64,000 nucleotides of DNA from Histomonas meleagridis 2922-C6/04-290x (lineage: Eukaryota > Protista > Parabasalia). This document shows, piece by piece, positions 58,736 through 64,000 of this stretch (the first letter of the stretch is position 1; each line of letters opens with the position of its first letter). The translations under genes and the position numbers were made by a program. Under the pieces are notes generated by a model. It was not told the DNA's origin. It saw nothing but the letters and a program-made list of their open reading frames with translations, and ran no database searches. The stretch covers positions 496,001 through 560,000 of the forward strand of contig JAANOX010000061.1 in assembly GCA_020184695.1 (NCBI GenBank). The letters are read 5' to 3'.

Positions 58736-61700
58736 CAATTATCAATTATTGTATTTGATTTTATCTCATTATGTGATAAGTTTTTAATATGATATGATTT
58801 ACACGAAACTTTTAGGTTCACACGTTGTTGCAATATGGAGAATACATCACCAGTCAGGACGGATACAGATGCAATCTGCATCTGCAGTTTATAAATTCTG
58901 TTTAAAATTTGTAACAGTTTCGAACTATCTAGAAGTTTCCAATGAAGAAGACTGTTATATCTTTCATTCTTGTTCGACTGTTGGGTCTTATTTTGAATCT
59001 GTTGCGTCATTTTACAACTGATCACTTATTGATCTGTTCTTGTGCTTTGAACTTTATTGATCGTTATGTTGTTTTGTCAGTTCTTGTATTATTTTGTGAT
59101 TATTCTTCAACAATTCTTAATTTATATATGTGACTGCTATTGTGAGCTGTCAATAATGCGCTGTGATCAAAATAGGTATAATGAGCTGAAAGAAATTCAT
59201 TTAATTATTAAAAAATCCGATGTAAATGACCATCAACAAGTCAAGTTTTGATAGGTTGGTCAACGATAGTCTCATTTGTTCTTTATTTCACCCTATTCGC
59301 TCATTTTCTACATTTATTAGTAATTATTTCTTTCTTAAGGTATTTGTTGTTCTTCTTATTTAGGTCATTCTATTTTCTAATATTTGTTGTTATTCTGTTT
59401 ATTATTGTTGTTCATATGATTATTATTTATTGTTCTCAGTTGTTCTTCTTGATTATTCTTTTTATTCATTCTAGTCTTTATTTTGTTGTACCTCTTAGTT
59501 CTTGGTTGTTCTTATTTATGGGCAGCTCTTTGATCATGATTTTAACATAATATTATTATTATTCTGTGTTCTCAATTAATTTGTTGATTAATACTTCTTC
59601 TATAGGTAAGTGATTATTATTTATCAACGTCTGATTGTTCTTGTTTTTAATTTCATTCTCAATCTCATCAATTTGTTCTTGTAACAGTTCTAAATTTTAT
59701 GGTTGGTATAATCTTTGTTTTTGGGATAATTGTTCCTTTTATTCTTGAATCACTATGCATTGAGATAATAGCAATTTTAAGTTTCTATTAAACTAGCCTG
59801 TAATTGTCTTTTTCTGTGCTCCCTGTAACCATTTCTTTCTTTCATTAATTCTTTATCTTTGGTGTTCTACCAACTTGATTTATCCAATATTTTTGTAGTC
59901 CTTCAAGACAACTCAACTTTCTGATTTTTATCAACTATATATTTGTGTTTTGGTTTCATATGTAAGAAAAAATGAGCCCTGATTCATGGTAAAATAATGC
60001 CAGCATTTGGACAGAGATAAAAAATAAGATTCTTATGATAACTCTGATGTTGGTCTTGTAAATTAACTTGTTCAGCCTTTCTCTTATATGCTTAAAGTTT
60101 AAAAATTATATTCTTCATCTGGAAATGTTTTATTATATTTTCATTTCTCATTATTTCAATCAGAATTTCACCATGTAAATCATCCTCCATCTCTTGATAT
60201 TTATACAAGGTCCTAAACCTAATAAGAATTACATAGATATAATATTTGAAGTGATTATTCAGATCATGTTATTACATGAATAGAGTTCTCGTTTAAATCT
60301 TTATTCTTTCATTTTATTAATTAATAAATTTAATTTCTTCTCTAGTATTCATATCAATATCTCATTTAATAAGTTTTCAATTAATCTTCTTCTATATATT
60401 AATATTATTATTTCCATTATTGTGATTATTATTATTATTTAATTGATGTTATTGATTTGATTTTTAATTTGATTTTCTTGGTATATTATTGTTATTAGAG
60501 ATCCTAACAATGCATGTTGAGTTTGGTTGATTTGGATTATTATTGTTGTTGTGTTTTTGGGTTTCGTTGTATTTAGTTCATATTGATATTATCTTTTGAT
60601 GACTATAGTTTGATATTAAAAAAAAGAAATTGATATCTTTTTCTACAAATTACATGATTTTGGTATTTTCTCTCAATTTTAGTTAATTAACTCTAATTTG
60701 TGGAATATTAATGTTGTTCTTTCTATTTATGTTAGGATAAATATGTATTTGTTGCTTGATTTTGATTATTTGGTATTAAAATGATAATGTACTTTAATAA
60801 CATTGATTTAAATATTTGGAATATTAACTAAAAAATTTTCTTGATTGTATTGAGATGATTTATTATATGAGTATGTGAATTTTATTTGGTAATTCATTAT
60901 GTCTATTTTGCTTAATCTATTTATTAATAATTGGGTATTGAGATTCATGTAGTTTTTTGTTTATTTCATACTCTGGTATTTAATAAATTTTCCATTCTTT
61001 CATAATTTTAGAATTGGTGTGTAATTTTCTATTATTTCAAAATCAGATTGTAATTAACATGTCTTCTATTGTAATGGTATAACGACATTAATTTTCTTCA
61101 TTATTGATTTTGAAGTCCCTGGAATATCAATAATTTTTTCAACTGCTACTGGTAATCCCTGAATTTATGTTTTTCAGCCTTGTAGAAATTAAAAACATTC
61201 TTTATTAACTGAATGTTGTTTAACATATAGTAAATGTTTTTATTGATAAGGCTTATTATTCAGAATTATAATCTTAATGGGTCTGATTGATAATCATTCT
61301 ATTGCATTGGAAGGTATCTGGTGGTGCATTAAACCTCGGTAAACATATATTTGGGATCTCAATATTAATGTTATTTTGTTCGATGAGCAATATCGAATAT
61401 AAAAATCAATAATTCAAACAAAATCTTTGTTTCATGTTTATTAATCAACGATAAATTCTCTCGAGCATCTCTGGATTATGTTATCGAATATTTAGGTATT
61501 TGTGTTTTTAATAGAATTTAATACTGTCAGTATTGGCATTTTCCATAGTTTTGTCACATGAAAAGATTAACGTCCAAAATAACCCGACGGTTTGTAAAAA
61601 TTTATAATTATTTCCTATAAACTATTAATTCGTGATTTATGGTTGATTAATTAAAAGGTATGAAATAATTTTATAACGATTTGGAAACGGACGATCTTTT

Positions 61701-64000
61701 TTATAATCTTTGCTGATTTCTTGGATATCTGTTGTTTTAGTCAATAATCTTTGATTCTTCAAATGAAGAAAATGATTATGAACAGGGTCAGCCTGTATTC
61801 ATACAGAAAAATATTGTTAATATTTCAAGAAATATTGTAGAAGTACATTCTGAACAATGAATATAAAATGGATTGGTGTGAATTTACAAATTCTAAACCA
61901 TTGGAATAATTGAAAAATTGGGGAATTTAAAATTATAAATTAATAAATTTTGTTGTAACCAAATATAGGCTTTGGTATTTTGTTTCTTGATTGCTTTATA
62001 TATAATTCTTACCTAATTTCCACTTTGTAGGGAAGAATCTTTTTACATTGAATTATATAATTTTTGTAAAAAGTTTTGCTGTATATTCGATCTAGCTCAT
62101 TGCTGTTGTTTCTATTGATAATTTTCATTAATATTTCATTTATTGGAAGTCTTATCATACATAAATACATGGATGAACTTTAGAATATAAATATCTTCAT
62201 AATTATTCATAATTAAAGTTCGTTTTCTATTGATCCTTAATTCAGATGCCCTTGTAGATCCTCTATTATGTAAAATTGTTCAATCTGAAGTTTTGAATTT
62301 CAAATAATCTATCTTATGAAATTCGATTTTTGAGAAAGATATCATTGATTTCTCTCCATGTAACGAATTCAAAGGCAGATCCTCAGCAAGAAGCGGAACT
62401 TTCCATCAACGTCCTTCTGACAGGTTCAGACCGCAAACAGGTTCAGAAGGTCCCTGCTCTGCTTAGTTGAGCTACGAAGGTTTGATTCTTCTTAATTTGA
62501 TCTTACAATATAAGATGCCAATATGAGACAGATCAAATTTTAGATATCATAAAGATAGCCTCAAGGTTCTTCAAATAAAAATTGTTAACAAATATGAAAG
62601 AAATCCCGAAAAATGGTTAGAAGCATAGGACCATATCTATTCATATGGTGTTAATTTTGATTTTTATCAGCATCAAACTGATTGGGTTAACGATAAATTT
62701 CGAACTCAAATAATTTTACTAACAATGACATTTTCAGAAAATTCAATTCAAGTCGTTTTCAAAAATCCTTCACTTTTGCTGAAAATAGGCGAAAATAAAA
62801 ATGATTGATCAATGATCAACGACTTTACTCAGGCAGGAAGCGATCGGACCATATTTCAGCATAGCGAGCATCAATTCACTTCCGATGTTGAACAGGCAAG
62901 ACGGGGACGGAGAGTTTATAAAAGCCTTGAACTCAAGGTCAGATCTTACACCACATTTGATGTCTGAGCTTTCAAGTTAAAGGCATTGAAGTATATTATT
63001 CACCTAACAGACTCCAGCAGATGTTACTGCTTTAAGTTTCTGATGATGGAAGGCGATTTTTTTGTAACCTTCATAGACCACCTAGACAGTTGAGAAGATC
63101 ACCACATTGTCGTAGGTTGCCTGTTCTCTGAATAATGATTCTCTCCCAAAAACCTCCTCAGTCAGAAAAAAGATCTCATTTACCACTGAGCTTTATGTGG
63201 ATCAGGACTGTAAGGTGATGGCCAAGTAAACACATCAGAATTATGACTCTCAGCTGTAAGATGGGGGTGAAAAGGTGAGGAGCTATCTTTGGGATTAACC
63301 ATGTAAACATTTCAAAAGTATATATGTATCGATAAGTATTTTCTGATTTAAATAATTTTTACGATAATTCTTTCGGTAATAATTACCACCAACTGAAATT
63401 TAAATCCTTACAGTATTTAGGATATTTCATTTTAATTCTAAAATTTAAATTAGAATCCAGATATGGATCAATAAATTTTTCAAATGCATATTGAACGGTA
63501 AAATGTTTTGGTTAATCATTACTTATATTTTTGGTTTATAAATAACTATATGAGCTCTTCATTAAATATTTTCCAATGAACTCATTCCTTATACAAATCC
63601 TTCAATGACTTGCAAACAAATTTGATACTAAAGATTGCTGCTAAAACTGAAAAGAGATTTTGTTGTTAGCAAGCTTTAGGTTGCCGTTTATTGACATTAT
63701 AACTTTTTTCAAAATGTTGTAAGATTTAATATTGTATACTTTTAATTTTTTTTCATTAATTTTATAAATGCATTAAATGCCTGAAATACCAAGCAAATAT
63801 TTATTTAAAATAAGCTACTCATTGGTGTTATTATAATTTGCTTTTCTGATTTGAAAGTTTTTAATAAATTATTCAAAAATCATAATGTGGTGAATATTTT
63901 CCCCATAATTTTGCTGCTGCTAATTTTTTCTTTCAAAATCGAATAAGTTGATGAAATTTCTGCGATAATTGTATTCTAAACGGAATATTAAATCGTTTTT

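Noticed and set aside
58850-58960. Dynein heavy chain fragment (ERYNSLL, minus strand)
   Set aside because: Single short motif in error-rich sequence; unsupported.

Overview
AT-rich eukaryotic DNA, most likely from a parabasalid (Tritrichomonas/Trichomonas-like). This is inferred from gene families, intron-less housekeeping genes, stop-overlapping TAAA signals and M3/M5-like promoter motifs. Four zones. (1) About 1-23.7 kb: nested, fragmented Maverick/Polinton-like endogenous virus relics. These include a packaging-ATPase fragment, five or more copies of a probable major capsid gene, a candidate minor capsid, two primase-SF3 helicase copies, two protein-primed PolB copies and structural-type ORFs, plus a pogo-like transposase and surface-protein remnants. 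(2) About 24.5-36.3 kb: TPR protein, RBBP9/YdeN-type hydrolase, a 1.28-kb mariner with TIRs, and two ankyrin-repeat genes. In these the repeat junctions are interrupted at the same hairpin position by AT-rich, roughly 20-nt-periodic inserts lacking GT-AG ends, while the coding modules stay exact and stop-free. This is the most striking observation in the window. (3) About 36.8-54 kb: intact housekeeping genes (Sec23, PACRG, Rab, Sua5, Roadblock/LC7, RPL24, CAMK kinase, beta-adaptin, saposin-like) and a 59-bp tandem array. (4) About 54.3-64 kb: indel-riddled sequence (saposin paralogue, actin), probably a low-accuracy assembly. No rRNA, tRNA or CRISPR array was found. All family assignments are from motif recognition by eye; no searches were run.
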